NCBI GenBank assembly: GCA_964016885.1
Contig: OZ024745.1
Location: forward strand, 47,616,001-47,680,000
DNA length: 64,000 nucleotides
From: Eledone cirrhosa
Taxonomy: Eukaryota
Direction: 5' to 3'
A program made the position numbers and the translations under genes. Below are positions 38,620-53,538 of this stretch, piece by piece (position 1 is the first letter of the stretch; every line of letters starts with the position of its first letter). Below the pieces are notes generated by a model. It was given only the letters and a program-made list of their open reading frames with translations, was not told the origin of the DNA and made no database searches.

Positions 38620-38872
38620 ATCATCATCATCATCATTATCGTTTAATGTCCATTTTCCACGCTAGCATGGGTCTGGACGGGGATTGTCCCACTTGAGGCA
38701 AGATTGGTTGTCTTGCTCAGGACTGTCTGGCGGGTTTTCTACAGCTGGATGCCCTTCCTAACACCAACCACGTTTACAGTGTGGACTGGGAGGTTTTTAC
38801 CGTGTTACCTACACGGCCACATTACAGCGTGGACTGTGTGTTTATTTTTGTCGTGACACCTACACGACCTCA
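38620..38872 (-). mobile_element. SINE-B/RTE-tail relative
   Basis: (CAT)n tail, CCACGCTAGCATGGG and CTACAGCTGGATGCCCTTCC modules. Confidence 0.7.
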
Positions 38873-39499
38873 TATATTTTCAAAAATATTATTACATGTC
38901 CAAGAGAAACGCTTTTTATTTTATTTTTGTTTTTCTATTTTTTAATGTCATATAAATTAATCGTTAAAATTTAAATCCTTATCATGGCGGATATTCTTAT
39001 CTAACAAATTAAAAAATAAATTTTTTCTGTTTTTTCCCCCTTATTAAAATCACTAAGTGGTCAGCTGCTGTGTAAATCACATGTATTCAACAGGAGGTAA
39101 CCCTTATTACCTGTATCTCATCCACTACAGGCTGACAGTAGCTTCTCTACTCTCACCTCCCCATCTCTTTTTCTTATCTTAATTAATATATTTTCTGTAC
39201 TCATCCAACTCTATGCACGCTCCCTTTCTCCTTTCTTTTTTAGTGTCAGTAAACTGTCTCTTTTATATCTTCCCTCTACACTTTTACTCTTAGCTGTGTG
39301 TGGAGGGATAACTTATCAGGATTTCTCTCTTGTTCTATGTTAACTTCTCAGTTTGCCCCTCCTCTCTCATATATATATATATATAACGTTTGTGTGGTAT
39401 TATATATATATATATATTCTTTATATTCTCTTCCCTTTTTTATATTATACCCCACTCCATTATCTATCATTTGAGTATATTCTAACTTTAAGATTTTCT

Positions 39500-39808
39500 G
39501 CTGTCTCTCTCTTTATATAAGCACGTTTTCTTTTCTACCCTTTCTCTCTTTGTATATAATTGCACGTTCTCTTTTTCCTCCCCTTTCTCTATATATATTA
39601 GTACACGTTCTCTCTCCTTCCTTCCTCTATTTCAATATAATCGCACATTTTCTCTCTCCTCTTCCCCCTCCCTGCTTCTACTTAACACAGGTGCTCACAA
39701 GCACTCCCTCTCCCCCACGCAGTCAAATAAACAGAGTAGCAACAGTTTCAACGCAAAGAGTTCTGGGTAAAATTACCTGGAAGGAAATTTGAATTGTGTT
39801 CATGTGAA
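39500..39808 (+). promoter_or_regulatory. Probable promoter / 5' UTR of a + strand gene
   Basis: CT-rich upstream region, repeated CACG motifs, Inr-like GCAGTC near 39719, visibly more CpG than upstream DNA. Confidence 0.45.
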
Positions 39809-39884
39809 ATGCAGGAGGAATCGACTTATCCAAAATTAACTCGTTTCGAACGCGGACTTCCCCTCAGAGAGTCCAGAACATACG
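39809..39884 (+). CDS. Probable first coding exon (MQEESTYPKLTRFERGLPLRESRTY-, phase 1) of an unidentified gene
   Basis: ATG with purine at -3, open frame to a consensus donor ACG|GTAAGT (39885). No downstream exon identified in the window. Confidence 0.55.
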
Positions 39885-41409
39885 GTAAGTGTACAGAAGC
39901 TAGAGTTGATTGTCTGTAAAACGATATTCATTTAATTTTCAAGTTAGAAACAAGGCTGCGAATGACGATGTTTATTTATGTTTATGAAGTTTTGCAGACC
40001 GCGAGTGAATTTCAGGTCTACGAAAGGAAATCTTGTTACATTGTAAATAGCTAATCGTTTAATAAACTTCCTGAATAATGAGGTATCTGCTGTTTAAGAC
40101 ACTGCGATGAATGGTGTAATATGTAGTGTAAAAGAGTATTATGTATTTCCTCGTAGTTTAAGTTGGCTTTCTAACGTATAATTAACGTCATTAAATCATT
40201 TAACATACACATACACAGTATAAAGGTATATAAATCCAGTGTATAAGAGTGTGTGTATGCAAGAAAATAAAACAATACCTAAATTTACCTGTGACTTGGC
40301 TGTCAGGTGAGTAATTAAGTTGATCGTCAACTCTCGCATTTCCCTTAATTCTCTCCTTGCAAATATCCTCTTGTATCGAAGCATAAAAACCAAAAATTAT
40401 ATATATGTATAAGTTTGAGAAAAATGCAAAGCTGTGGCCTTCAACCAGTGTTTTTATTTTACTTATTTATTTATTTAAAGCGATAGTGAGGATTCCCTTA
40501 TAAGATTATAATATTTCGTTTCCCTTATAAGATTATAATATTGTTGTTAAGAAACGCTAATAATAATAGTAACTAAGATTATAATACTGGTTTCTAATTC
40601 AGACACAAGGCCAGCAGTTCGAAAAGAGGGGAGTCGATTAAATCTAGTTTGTTTTATCGACCCCGGAAAGATAAAAGGCAAAGGGTCTTAACTAAATACC
40701 GCAAAGCATTTTGTCCGACTCCCTAACAATTCTGTCTATCTACCTCCCTCTCCCAATAATAATATTAAAAATAATAATAATAAAGAGGTGAAAAAAATGC
40801 AGCCAGTGTGTTTGTACAAAGTGTGACAACACTAAGTGAACATCTACTGTGGGGGGTGGGGTATGTGATCTGTGATATTTTTATAAACGAACTGTTGACT
40901 CATAACTTGTTAGTTTCGTTATTGACTCGCGTCTAATTTAATAAACGTCCGATATCGTTTATTTATTTATTTTTATTCAATTTGGCCAAATTATTACCAA
41001 ATATTGAATTTTCTCTCTCTCAAGCCCCATGTCCCAAACACTTATCTATTGTGAAGATTCGCCCACCATCTTCCTTAAAGAATGGGGATCAGGTTTCTTC
41101 TGTTAGACAACTAGGGTCGGGGGTGGGGCATCTGAAAGGCATGAAAAAAGACAAGCTTTCCTGTCCTCTCCAGTGATACCGCCCTCCCCTTCTTAAATTC
41201 TCTGGGTGTCATCTGGAATAAAAGGTGGGGGTGCACTGGGAATATTGTGAAGAAAGGCTATATATACCAGCAGCGAACGATATGCTCGAAGTTGTTTGTT
41301 ATATTTTATTTATATAAGAAAGTATGGATATATCTTTAACTGTCTGCCTAACCTGTAGTCGCAGGGAAACCCCAGAGTAGCAGGCGACTCTATCAGCCTT
41401 AATAAATTA

Positions 41410-41886
41410 ATTTATTCTACTTTTGGCACAAGGCCAGCAATGAACCCAGTGTATTACTGGTACTTTATTTTATCGGCCCCGTAAGGATGAAAGGCAAAGT
41501 TGACCTCGGCGGGATTTGAACTCAGAATGGAAAGGGCCGTAACTCTATGCGTCAAAGCATGGTGTCTGACCCTCTACCGATACTGCCAATCGCCGTAATA
41601 ATTGTTTCTACGTTAGGCCCAAGGCCAGCAATAACCCAGTGTATTACTGATACTTTATTTTATCGACCCCGTAAGGATGAAAGGCAAAGTTAACCTCGGC
41701 GGGATTTGAACTCACAATGGCAAGGGCCGTAACTCTATGAGTCAAAGCATGGCGTCCGACCCTCTACCGATACTGCCAATCGCCGTAATAATTGTTTCTA
41801 CTTTTGGCACAAGGCCAGCAATTATTCCAGTGCATTACTGGTACTTTATTTTATCAACCCCGTAAGGATGAAAGGCAAAGTTAACC
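41410..41886 (-). mobile_element. Head-to-tail trimer of SINE family A
   Basis: ~190-bp units 41410-41595, 41596-41785 and partial 41786-41886. Confidence 0.9.
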
Positions 41887-42106
41887 GTAATAATGTTTAC
41901 AAAAAGGATCACTAGAAAGTTGACCATACTTGTTGACCCAGACTGCATTGTTTGTTGCACATCTCCTGTGTTTTATTCAATACTTTTCTCTGAATGTCCA
42001 GGACTACCGATACTGCCAATCCAATAAATTAATAATCTATACTATGGTATTGAATATTCATTCTAGCGTTCGCCAATACTATATTTATATATATATATAT
42101 ATTGGT

Positions 42107-42182
42107 GATTCTAAGTTTAAACCATTTCGATAGTAAATGAAAATTTCTCACTTGCTATTGAAACCGTTTAAAGCTTAGTCGT
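42107..42182. repeat. Fold-back hairpin in a PLE-like terminal fragment
   Basis: CTAAGTTTAAACCATTTCGATAGTAAATGA / TCACTTGCTATTGAAACCGTTTAAAGCTTAG. Confidence 0.6.
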
Positions 42183-42357
42183 CGAGCAAAGAATCCCTCC
42201 AATAATATTTATTCTGCTTTTCCTTAAATATAGAGTACCAAGTTGAATAATGGTCTTACTGGTCTTAACATCTCATTCATCTCCCTCTAACTCTCTCTCT
42301 CTTTCTCTACACACACACACGCGCACACGCACGCACACGCGCAGGCAGGCAGGCAGG

Positions 42358-42457
42358 CAGGGTGTCTCAAAACAAATGTATACATACTTCAACAGCATCC
42401 TAATAAATATTTCCTGTACAGGTAAGTAAAGTGTGTATACATTTTTGGGACAACCTA
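42358..42457. mobile_element. ~100-bp Tc1/mariner-type MITE (relative at ~36115-36205)
   Basis: CAGGGTGTCTCAAAA..ATGTATACA / TGTATACATTTTTGGGACAACCT. Confidence 0.7.
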
Positions 42458-42529
42458 TATATATTTATATATATATATATATATATACCATCAACACTAT
42501 AAACACAGAGCTGGCATATCTAAGAACTA

Positions 42530-42585
42530 ACTGCCTGATGAGGTCATAGTCATTTAATGGCTATCATCGAAATATATATAGCAGT
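42530..42585 (+). ncRNA. Type I hammerhead ribozyme with (UA)n palindromic helix III
   Basis: ACTGC CTGATGA GGT-C-ATAGTCAT-TTA-ATGGCTAT-C-ATC GAAA TATATA TA GCAGT. Confidence 0.8.
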
Positions 42586-42628
42586 AAATAAAGGATTGAG
42601 TTCATGCAATTGACTTATGTTTCGTCAC

Positions 42629-42665
<37 letters not shown>

Positions 42666-43120
42666 CTGTGTGGCTTTTATAACAAAGATCACGGCTCAGT
42701 AAAGTACTGAGTACATTATACAAGTAGTCTATAGACTTTCTATCTTTGCTTCTTGATATGTGCGTGTGTATATTCCAAATTGCTTTATCTATCTTAATAT
42801 CCTAATATGTATTATGTAGGCCTTGTGGCAAAATTGTTAAAAATCATTAAGGTAGTTCTCACTCCACCTCTTTTGTTATCCCTCCAAATTATCTATTGCA
42901 ACCATCTCCATTCCACATGGTCAGTATTTTCCATTTTACAACCTTACATTTATCTAATTAAATGTAAGTATTTTCCATTTTTCTACAACCTTACATCTAC
43001 CTATTTAAATTGATACACTGTGGACTGAAGCACATACACTGTCACCATCATCTTAAAGATGATGATGGTAATCATCATCGTCATCATGTTCGTTATTGGT
43101 AGCTGCAGTATGTCTGTATG

Positions 43121-43450
43121 GAGGCACATGGCTTAGTGGTTAGAGCAATCGAAAGGTTGTGAGTTCAATTCTCAGACCGGGTGATGTGTTGTTTCCTTGA
43201 GCAAGACACTTTATTTCACATTGCTCCAGTTTACTCAGCTGTAGAAATGAGATGATAGGGACTGGGGTCCATATCATTCCACTGCAAAGTGGTCGTGGGG
43301 GTGCCACGGCAAAAAAGCACTCAGCACTCACTGTAAATGAGGTTGGTGTTAGGAAGTGCATCCAGCTGTAGAAATCGAGCCAGAATCAGTTCCCGTCCCA
43401 CCCTTGCAAGCAGGGAAAAGCGAACGTAAAATGAAATGAAATGAATGAAT
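43121..43450 (+). mobile_element. Full tRNA/CORE-like SINE family B
   Basis: A-box TGGCTTAGTGG, B-box GAGTTCAATTCTC, CORE-like CCTTGAGCAAGACACTTTA, RTE-type tail (GAAAT)n. Confidence 0.85.
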
Positions 43451-43597
43451 GAACCACTCACTCACAATCTCTTATGGATCAACAGGTACATACTTCTAAG
43501 CACCCCCTTTTGTTGTTTATCGTTTATCGCAAGTATCTCCTTTCCTTTGGATATTGGCCTTTTCTGCTGGTGTTTATGTGTATATATATGTATGTGC

Positions 43598-43642
<45 letters not shown>

Positions 43643-44161
43643 CGTGTGTATATATATATATATATGTGTGTCTGTTTATATGTGTATATAGGTGTGTGTG
43701 CGCGTGTATATATATGTGTCTGTTTATATGTGTATATAGGTGTGCGCGTGTATATATATGTGTATATATATATATAAAAATATGTCTGTTTATATGTGTA
43801 TATATGTGTGCGTATGTATGTGTGCGTATGTATATATGTGTATGTATGTCTATGTATGTGTGTGTATATGTGTGTAAATGTATATATGTGTATGTGTAAA
43901 TGTATATGTGTGTGTATCTGTGTATGTATGCATATATATATATGTGCGTGTGTGTGTGTGTATATATATATGTACGTGTGTGTGTATATATGTGTATGTA
44001 TGCATATATATATATATGTGTGTATGTGTGTATGTATGCATATATATATGTGTGTATGTATGTATGCATATATGTGTGTGTGTGTGGATGTATGCATGTG
44101 TGTGTGTGGATGTATGCATATATATGTATTTGTGTGTATGTATGCATATATATATATATAT

Positions 44162-44870
44162 GAACAGCAATGTTACATGGTAGTGAGACCTGGGCGCTGA
44201 AGGTGGAAGACTTACGTAGATTAGATAGAAACGAAGCCTGCATGCTCCGATGGATGTGTAATAGTAATATACGTGAACGACAAAGCATAAATGAATTGAG
44301 AGAGAGACTGAGCATAAGAGGAATCAAATGCTGTGTGCAGGAGAGGCGGTTGCGTTGGTATGGACATGTGATGCGTATGAAGGATGACAGCTGCATAAAA
44401 AGGTGCAGAGCACTAGAAGTCGATGGAAATCGCGGAGTGAGGAGACCCAAGATGACCTGGGATGAGGTGATAAAAGCCGACCTTACCCAATTACACCTCT
44501 CAAAGGCGATGACACACGACCGTGACCTCTAGCGTCACGCAGTAATAGAGTACCCGACCTCCCGTGGGTACAAGCTGAAGCATATAGACAATATGCCCCA
44601 CACCCTCCACTGCAAGGTGGTCGTGGAGGTGCCACGGCAAAAAAGCACCCAGCCCACACTGTAAAGTGGACGTGTAGGCGCCACGAAAAAGCACCCAGCA
44701 CTCACTGTAAATGAGGTTGGTGTTAGGAAGGGCATCCAGCTGTAGAAATCAAGCCAAATCAGTTCCTGTATGAGCAAGGCCTGGACAGCCGACCAGACAC
44801 TGCTCACAACAGCACAACCCGTCTAACCCATGCTAGCGTGGAAGAACGGACGTAAAACGGTGATGATGAT
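44162..44870 (+). mobile_element. RTE ORF 3' end + SINE-B body + RTE tail chimera
   Basis: MLHGSETWAL..RRLRWYGHVMRM..RRPKMTW..DR (RTE C-terminus) and (GAT)n tail. Confidence 0.9.
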
Positions 44871-45211
44871 ATGTATATGTGTGTGTGTATATGTGTGTGT
44901 GTGTATGTGTGTATGTATGCATATATATGTGTGTATGTATGCATATATGTGTATGTATGCATATATGTGTATGTATGCATATATATGTGTGTATGTATGC
45001 ATATATGTGTGTATGTATGCATATATATATGTGTGAATGTATGCATATATATGTGTGTATATATATGTGTGTGCGTGTGTGTATATATATGTGTGTGTGT
45101 ATATATATGTGTGTGTATATATATGTGTGTGTGTATATATATGTGTGTGTGTGTATATATATATGTGTGTGTATATATATATGTGTGTGTGTGTGTGTGT
45201 ATATATGTGTG

Positions 45212-45258
<47 letters not shown>

Positions 45259-45616
45259 GTGTGTGTATATATGTGTGTGTATATATGTGTGTGTATATAT
45301 GTGTGTGTGTATATGTGTGTGTATATATGTGTGTATATATGTGTGTGTGTATATGTGTGTGTGTATATGTGTGTGTGTATATGTGTGTGTATATATGTGT
45401 GTATATGTGTGTGTATATATATGTGTGTGTGTATATATATGTGTGTATATGTGTGTGTGTATATATGTGTGTGTATATATATGTATGTGTGTATATATAT
45501 ATATATGTGTATATATATATGTGTATATATATGTGTATATATATATATGTGTATATATATGTGTATATATATATGTGTATATATATATGTATATATATAT
45601 GTATATATATATGTAC

Positions 45617-45682
<66 letters not shown>

Positions 45683-45923
45683 GTATATATATGTATATGT
45701 ATATATATATATGTATATATATATATGTATATATATGTATATGTATATATATGTATATGTATATATATATATGTATATATATATATGTGTATATATATAT
45801 GTGTATATATATATGTGTATATATATGTATATATATATATATGTGTATATATATGTATATATATATATATGTGTATATATATATATGTATATATATGTAT
45901 ATATATATATATGTATATATATG

Positions 45924-45954
<31 letters not shown>

Positions 45955-46971
45955 GTATATATATATATGTGTATATATATATATGTGTATATATATATGT
46001 GTATATATATATATGTGTATATATATATATGTGTATATATATATATGTGTATATATATATATGTGTATATATATATGTGTATATATATATATGTGTATAT
46101 ATATATATATGTGTATATATATATATATGTGTATATATATATATGTGTATATATATATATGTGTATATATATATGTGTGTATATATATATATGTGTATAT
46201 ATATATATGTGTATATATATATATGTGTATATATATATATGTGTATATATATATATATGTATATATATATGTATATATATATATGTATATATATATATGT
46301 GTATATATATATATGTGTATATATATATATGTGTATATATATATATGTGTATATATATATATGTGTATATATATATATGTGTATATATATATATGTGTAT
46401 ATATATATATATGTGTATATATATATATGTGTATATATATATATGTGTATATATATATGTGTGTATATATATGTGTATATATATATGTGTATATATATAT
46501 ATGTGTATATATATATATGTGTATATATATATATGTGTATATATATATATATGTGTATATATATATATATGTGTATATATATATGTGTGTATATATATAT
46601 GTGTATATATATATGTGTGTATATATATATGTGTGTATATATATATATGTGTGTATATATATGTGTGTATATATATATGTGTATATATATATGTGTATAT
46701 ATATATATGTGTATATATATATGTGTATATATATATGTGTATATATATATATGTGTATATATATATATGTGTATATGTATATATATATATGTGTATATGT
46801 ATATATATATATGTGTATATGTATATATATATATGTGTGTATGTATATATATATATGTGTGTATGTATATATATATATGTGTGTATGTATATATATATAT
46901 GTGTGTATGTATATATATATATGTGTGTATGTATATATATATATGTGTGTATGTATATATATATATGTGTG

Positions 46972-47002
<31 letters not shown>

Positions 47003-47841
47003 ATGGGTGCGCTATTTAGAGCATCGTTAAATTGTGTGATTTTTACATTTAACATTATAAGCTACTTTGAAAGACTTCTTTCTAAAGCTATTGAAGCTTG
47101 CAATAGATTCTGGTATAAAAATAAATACTACGGTTAAAATATTCAATGTTCGCTAAATTGTAAAAGTAAGAGAATTTATTTTTCCTTGTTATTATTTTCT
47201 TTTAGTTTATTTTTCTTGTTTTTATTTTTTATATATATAGCAATTAAAAGTTGTAGAGATAATTACAACAATTTCTTGACGTCTGTTGATGTCTAAAATA
47301 GTTGAGCTACTTGTAGAATATATGAACGTGTTTTAATCTTCATACCTCGTTTTTCCTTTGTGAGTTTGTTGATTGTTAACGAGTCGTTGTCGTCATACCT
47401 GCTTTTTGTGTTTGGTAACAGAGGGAGGGAAGGGGGAAATGAGAGATCCTTAGGGGAAAAGATGACATTTAAAAGATAGGATGTTGCATTTATATCGCAA
47501 TTCTGTTCTGTTATTCATTAAAGAGAGAGGGGGGTGTTGACGTAGCTTTCGTACAATGGTGGTTCATTCGTCAATAAAATAGAACAAACCAAAATTCGCA
47601 TTGTGTATGTATGTATGTATGTTATGTATGCATATATACATATATTGTGTATGTACATATGGATAGATATTATGTATGTGTATGCTTGTACGTAATATAT
47701 ATGCGCGTGTATGCATACATGCACGTTTATGTATGTGTGTGTATATATCTATATACACACACACACAAACATATATATATTTATAATAAATTGAAGTGAA
47801 AGCAAATGGTTCACGTGTTTCTTGTTGGCAACATGACCCTC

Positions 47842-48041
47842 NNNNNNNNNNNNNNNNNNNNNNNNNNNNNNNNNNNNNNNNNNNNNNNNNNNNNNNNNNN
47901 NNNNNNNNNNNNNNNNNNNNNNNNNNNNNNNNNNNNNNNNNNNNNNNNNNNNNNNNNNNNNNNNNNNNNNNNNNNNNNNNNNNNNNNNNNNNNNNNNNNN
48001 NNNNNNNNNNNNNNNNNNNNNNNNNNNNNNNNNNNNNNNNN
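47842..48041. other. Assembly gap (200 N)
   Basis: Round-length N run typical of scaffolding joins; contiguity across it is not sequence-supported. Confidence 0.95.
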
Positions 48042-48087
48042 TGTGTATATATATATTATATATGTATATATATGTATATTATATATG

Positions 48088-48144
<57 letters not shown>

Positions 48145-48200
48145 GTATATATGTATATATATATATATATGTATATATATGTATATATATGTGTATATAT

Positions 48201-48824
48201 ATAACTTTGAATAACTTTGAATAACTTTGAAATGTTTTGGCCAGTATTGGCCCAGGCCATGTCTAACTTAATAGCACCACCTGGCGAAGTCTTTCAATTC
48301 AGGATTTGGGCACCATGGTCCATTCGAGAAGAGAATTACTGTTTGCGGAGACATATCCGGGTGTGGGTGGTTTGTCCGGGATTACTTGGAGGAATTTGTC
48401 CAAAGACTTCTTGAATTTTGTGTGGTCAGTTTCTGTTTTGACGTGTCCTGGTGTGATGTTGAAGAGAGCAGGGCCGATTGAGGTGAAATAATTGTGCCGT
48501 ATTGTTGTTATGAGTTGCGATTTAGATTTTTGAATGGGACGGATAGCACGGGGCCCAAGCCTTGGGTGTATCTTGAAGGCGATGCCAACATCATTTGGGC
48601 AGTGATGATGGAACATTTTCCACATCATGCAGATAATATAACGCTCACGGCGACGTTGGAGTGAGTAAAGTTTCAGGTTTTCCAATCGACCCCAGTAGTC
48701 AAGGTCTGACATGCCATCTATCTTTTTCGTGATTGCCCTTTGAGGAGCTTCAAGTTTCATGATACTTTGTTTCGTGTGGGGAGACCACAGTGGACAACAG
48801 TATTCAAGGTGTGGTCGGGCGAAA
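48201..48824 (-). mobile_element. 5'-truncated CR1-group LINE copy
   Basis: Near-identical to 58769-59381; open C-terminal frame [29 protein letters not shown]; tail (TTCAAAGTTA)x3. Confidence 0.95.
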
Positions 48825-48932
48825 TATATATGTATATATATATGTATATATATGTATATATATATGTATATATATGTGTATATATATGTGTATATATATG
48901 TGTATATATATGTATATATATGTATATATATG

Positions 48933-48965
<33 letters not shown>

Positions 48966-49004
48966 GTATATATGTATATATATGTATATATATGTATATA
49001 TATG

Positions 49005-49117
<113 letters not shown>

Positions 49118-49236
49118 GTATATATATATGTGTATATATATATATATATGTGTATATATATGTATATATATATATATGTATGTATATATATATATATATG
49201 TATATATATGTATATATATATATATGTATATATATG

Positions 49237-49271
<35 letters not shown>

Positions 49272-49276
49272 GTATA

Positions 49277-49321
<45 letters not shown>

Positions 49322-49326
49322 GTATG

Positions 49327-49357
<31 letters not shown>

Positions 49358-49452
49358 GTATATATATGTATATATATATATATCTGTATGTATGTATGTA
49401 TGTATATATATATGTATATATATATATATGTATATATATGTATATATATATG

Positions 49453-49551
<99 letters not shown>

Positions 49552-49556
49552 GTATG

Positions 49557-49605
<49 letters not shown>

Positions 49606-49628
49606 GTATGTATATATATATATGTATG

Positions 49629-49659
<31 letters not shown>

Positions 49660-49784
49660 GTATGTATATATATATATGTATGTATATATATATATATATG
49701 TATGTATATATATATATGTATGTATATATATATATGTATGTATATATGTATGTATGTATATATATATGTATGTATATATATATG

Positions 49785-49815
<31 letters not shown>

Positions 49816-49824
49816 ATACATATG

Positions 49825-49897
<73 letters not shown>

Positions 49898-49910
49898 GTA
49901 TATATATATG

Positions 49911-49973
<63 letters not shown>

Positions 49974-49974
49974 G

Positions 49975-50032
<58 letters not shown>

Positions 50033-50066
50033 TGTATATATATGTGTGTATGTATATATATATATA

Positions 50067-50097
<31 letters not shown>

Positions 50098-50272
50098 GTG
50101 TGTATGTATATATATATATATATGTATATATATATGTATGTATATATATATATATGTATATGTATATATATATATATCTATGTATATATGTATATATATA
50201 TATATCTATGTATATATGTATATGTATATATATATGTATATATATATATATGTATATGTATATATGTATATG

Positions 50273-50304
<32 letters not shown>

Positions 50305-50369
50305 TGTATGTATATATATATATGTATATGTATATATATATATGTATATATATATATGTATATGTATAT

Positions 50370-50427
<58 letters not shown>

Positions 50428-50436
50428 GTATATATG

Positions 50437-50501
<65 letters not shown>

Positions 50502-50512
50502 GTATATATATG

Positions 50513-50543
<31 letters not shown>

Positions 50544-50554
50544 GTATATATATG

Positions 50555-50621
<67 letters not shown>

Positions 50622-50890
50622 GTATATGTATATATATATATGTATATATATGTATATATATATATATGTATATATATGTATATATGTATATATATGTATA
50701 TGTATATATATGTATATGTATATATATGTATATGTATATATATGTATATATATATATATGTATATGTATATGTATATATATATATATGTATATATATGTA
50801 TATATATATATATGTATATATATGTATATATGTATATATATGTATATGTATATATATGTATATGTATATATATGTATATGTATATATATG

Positions 50891-50921
<31 letters not shown>

Positions 50922-50998
50922 GTATATATGTATATATATGTATATGTATATATATGTATATATATGTATATGTATATATATGTATATGTATGTATATG

Positions 50999-51049
<51 letters not shown>

Positions 51050-51058
51050 GTATATATG

Positions 51059-51121
<63 letters not shown>

Positions 51122-51146
51122 GTATATATATGTATATATATATATG

Positions 51147-51208
<62 letters not shown>

Positions 51209-51287
51209 TATATATGTATATGTATATGTATATATATATGTATATGTATATGTATATATATGTATATGTATATGTATATATATATGT

Positions 51288-51319
<32 letters not shown>

Positions 51320-51349
51320 GTATATATATGTATATGTATGTATATATAT

Positions 51350-51381
<32 letters not shown>

Positions 51382-51638
51382 GTATATATATGTATATGTA
51401 TGTATATATATATATATGTATATATATGTATATGTATGTATATATATATATATGTATATATATGTATATGTATGTATATATATATGTATATGTATGTATA
51501 TATATATGTATATGTATGTATATATGTATATGTATGTATATATATATATGTATGTATATATGTATATATGTATATATATATATGTATATATATATGTATA
51601 TATATATATGTATATATATATGTATATATGTATATATG

Positions 51639-51669
<31 letters not shown>

Positions 51670-51678
51670 GTATATATG

Positions 51679-51709
<31 letters not shown>

Positions 51710-51797
51710 GTATATATGTATATATATATATATATGTATATGTATATATGTATATGTATATATATATGTATATGTATATGTGTATATGTGTATATAT

Positions 51798-51829
<32 letters not shown>

Positions 51830-52308
51830 GTATATATGTATATGTATATGTGTATATGTATATGTGTATATGTATATATATATATATGTAGATATGTATA
51901 TATATATGTATATATGTATATGTGTATATGTATATATATATATGTATATATGTATATGTATATGTATATATGTATATGTATATATGTATGTATATGTATA
52001 TATGTATATATATATATATATGTGTATATGTATATGTATATATATATATGTATATGTATATATGTATATATGTATATGTATATATGTATATGTATATATA
52101 TATATATGTGTATATGTATATGTATATATGTATATATATATGTATATGTATATATGTATATGTATATGTATATATGTATATATGTATATGTATATGTATA
52201 TATGTATATATATATGTATATGTATATATATATATATGTATATGTATATATGTATATGTATATATGTGTATATGTATATATATATATATATGTATATGTA
52301 TATATGTG

Positions 52309-52339
<31 letters not shown>

Positions 52340-52476
52340 GTATGTATATATATGTATATGTATATGTATATATATGTATATGTATATATGTATATATATA
52401 TATGTATATGTATATATATGTATATGTATATATATATATGTATATATATATATATGTATATGTATATATATATATG

Positions 52477-52507
<31 letters not shown>

Positions 52508-52611
52508 GTATATGTATATATATGTATATGTATATATATGTATATGTATATATATGTATATATATATATATGTATATGTATATATATATGTATATGTATA
52601 TGTATATATGT

Positions 52612-52645
<34 letters not shown>

Positions 52646-52696
52646 ATATGTATATGTATATATATATGTATATATATATATGTATATATATATATG

Positions 52697-52727
<31 letters not shown>

Positions 52728-52910
52728 GTATATGTATATATATATATATGTATATATGTATATAGATTTTGAGTTTATGTTGGTTGTATACCAACACCTC
52801 AGTATGCAGGCTGGAGCACTCGACGAAGTGCGCAGGTTGGTTGGTTACTCGGAGTAGTGTAAAATAAAGTTAAATAAAAGTCAAATGATTAAAATTTAGC
52901 TTCGTTTATT

Positions 52911-52965
52911 ACTGCTATATATATTTCAGTGACAGCCATCTTTGGCTGTGACCTCTTCAGGCAGT
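52911..52965 (-). ncRNA. Type I hammerhead ribozyme, paralog of 42530-42585
   Basis: Minus: ACTGC CTGAAGA GGT-C-ACAGCCA-AAGA-TGGCTGT-C-ACT GAAA TATATA TA GCAGT, inside a ~310-bp PLE-like island (52766-53080). Confidence 0.8.
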
Positions 52966-53108
52966 TTGAATTAGTATGGTATAGACAAGTACATATGTTG
53001 TTTAGGTGTATGATATTGTCAATACTCTGATATGCCCAGTTCCTTGTTGGGTTGTTAATTCACTGGGGAACTGGAGTCATATGTATATATATATATATAT
53101 ATATGTAT

Positions 53109-53139
<31 letters not shown>

Positions 53140-53165
53140 ATATATATATATATGTATATATGTAT

Positions 53166-53222
<57 letters not shown>

Positions 53223-53321
53223 GTATATATATATATGTATATATATGTATATATATGTATATATATATATATGTATATATATGTATGTATATATATATGT
53301 ATATATATATGTATATATATG

Positions 53322-53354
<33 letters not shown>

Positions 53355-53401
53355 GTATATATATATATGTATATATGTATATATGTATATATATATATGT
53401 G

Positions 53402-53436
<35 letters not shown>

Positions 53437-53443
53437 GTATATA

Positions 53444-53476
<33 letters not shown>

Positions 53477-53497
53477 ATATGTATATATGTATATATA

Positions 53498-53538
<41 letters not shown>

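Noticed and set aside
43121-43180. tRNA-like sequences (also 2496, 16228, 31604)
   Set aside because: They are SINE heads with A/B boxes but no complete cloverleaf.
47060-47110. Possible hammerhead (TTTGAAAGA...GAAGCTTG)
   Set aside because: Multiple core mismatches and no convincing helix II.
48201-48824. Possible assembly duplication of 58769-59381 near the gap
   Set aside because: The copies differ by substitutions, an indel and tail-repeat number, and the short one is 5'-truncated, consistent with an independent insertion.
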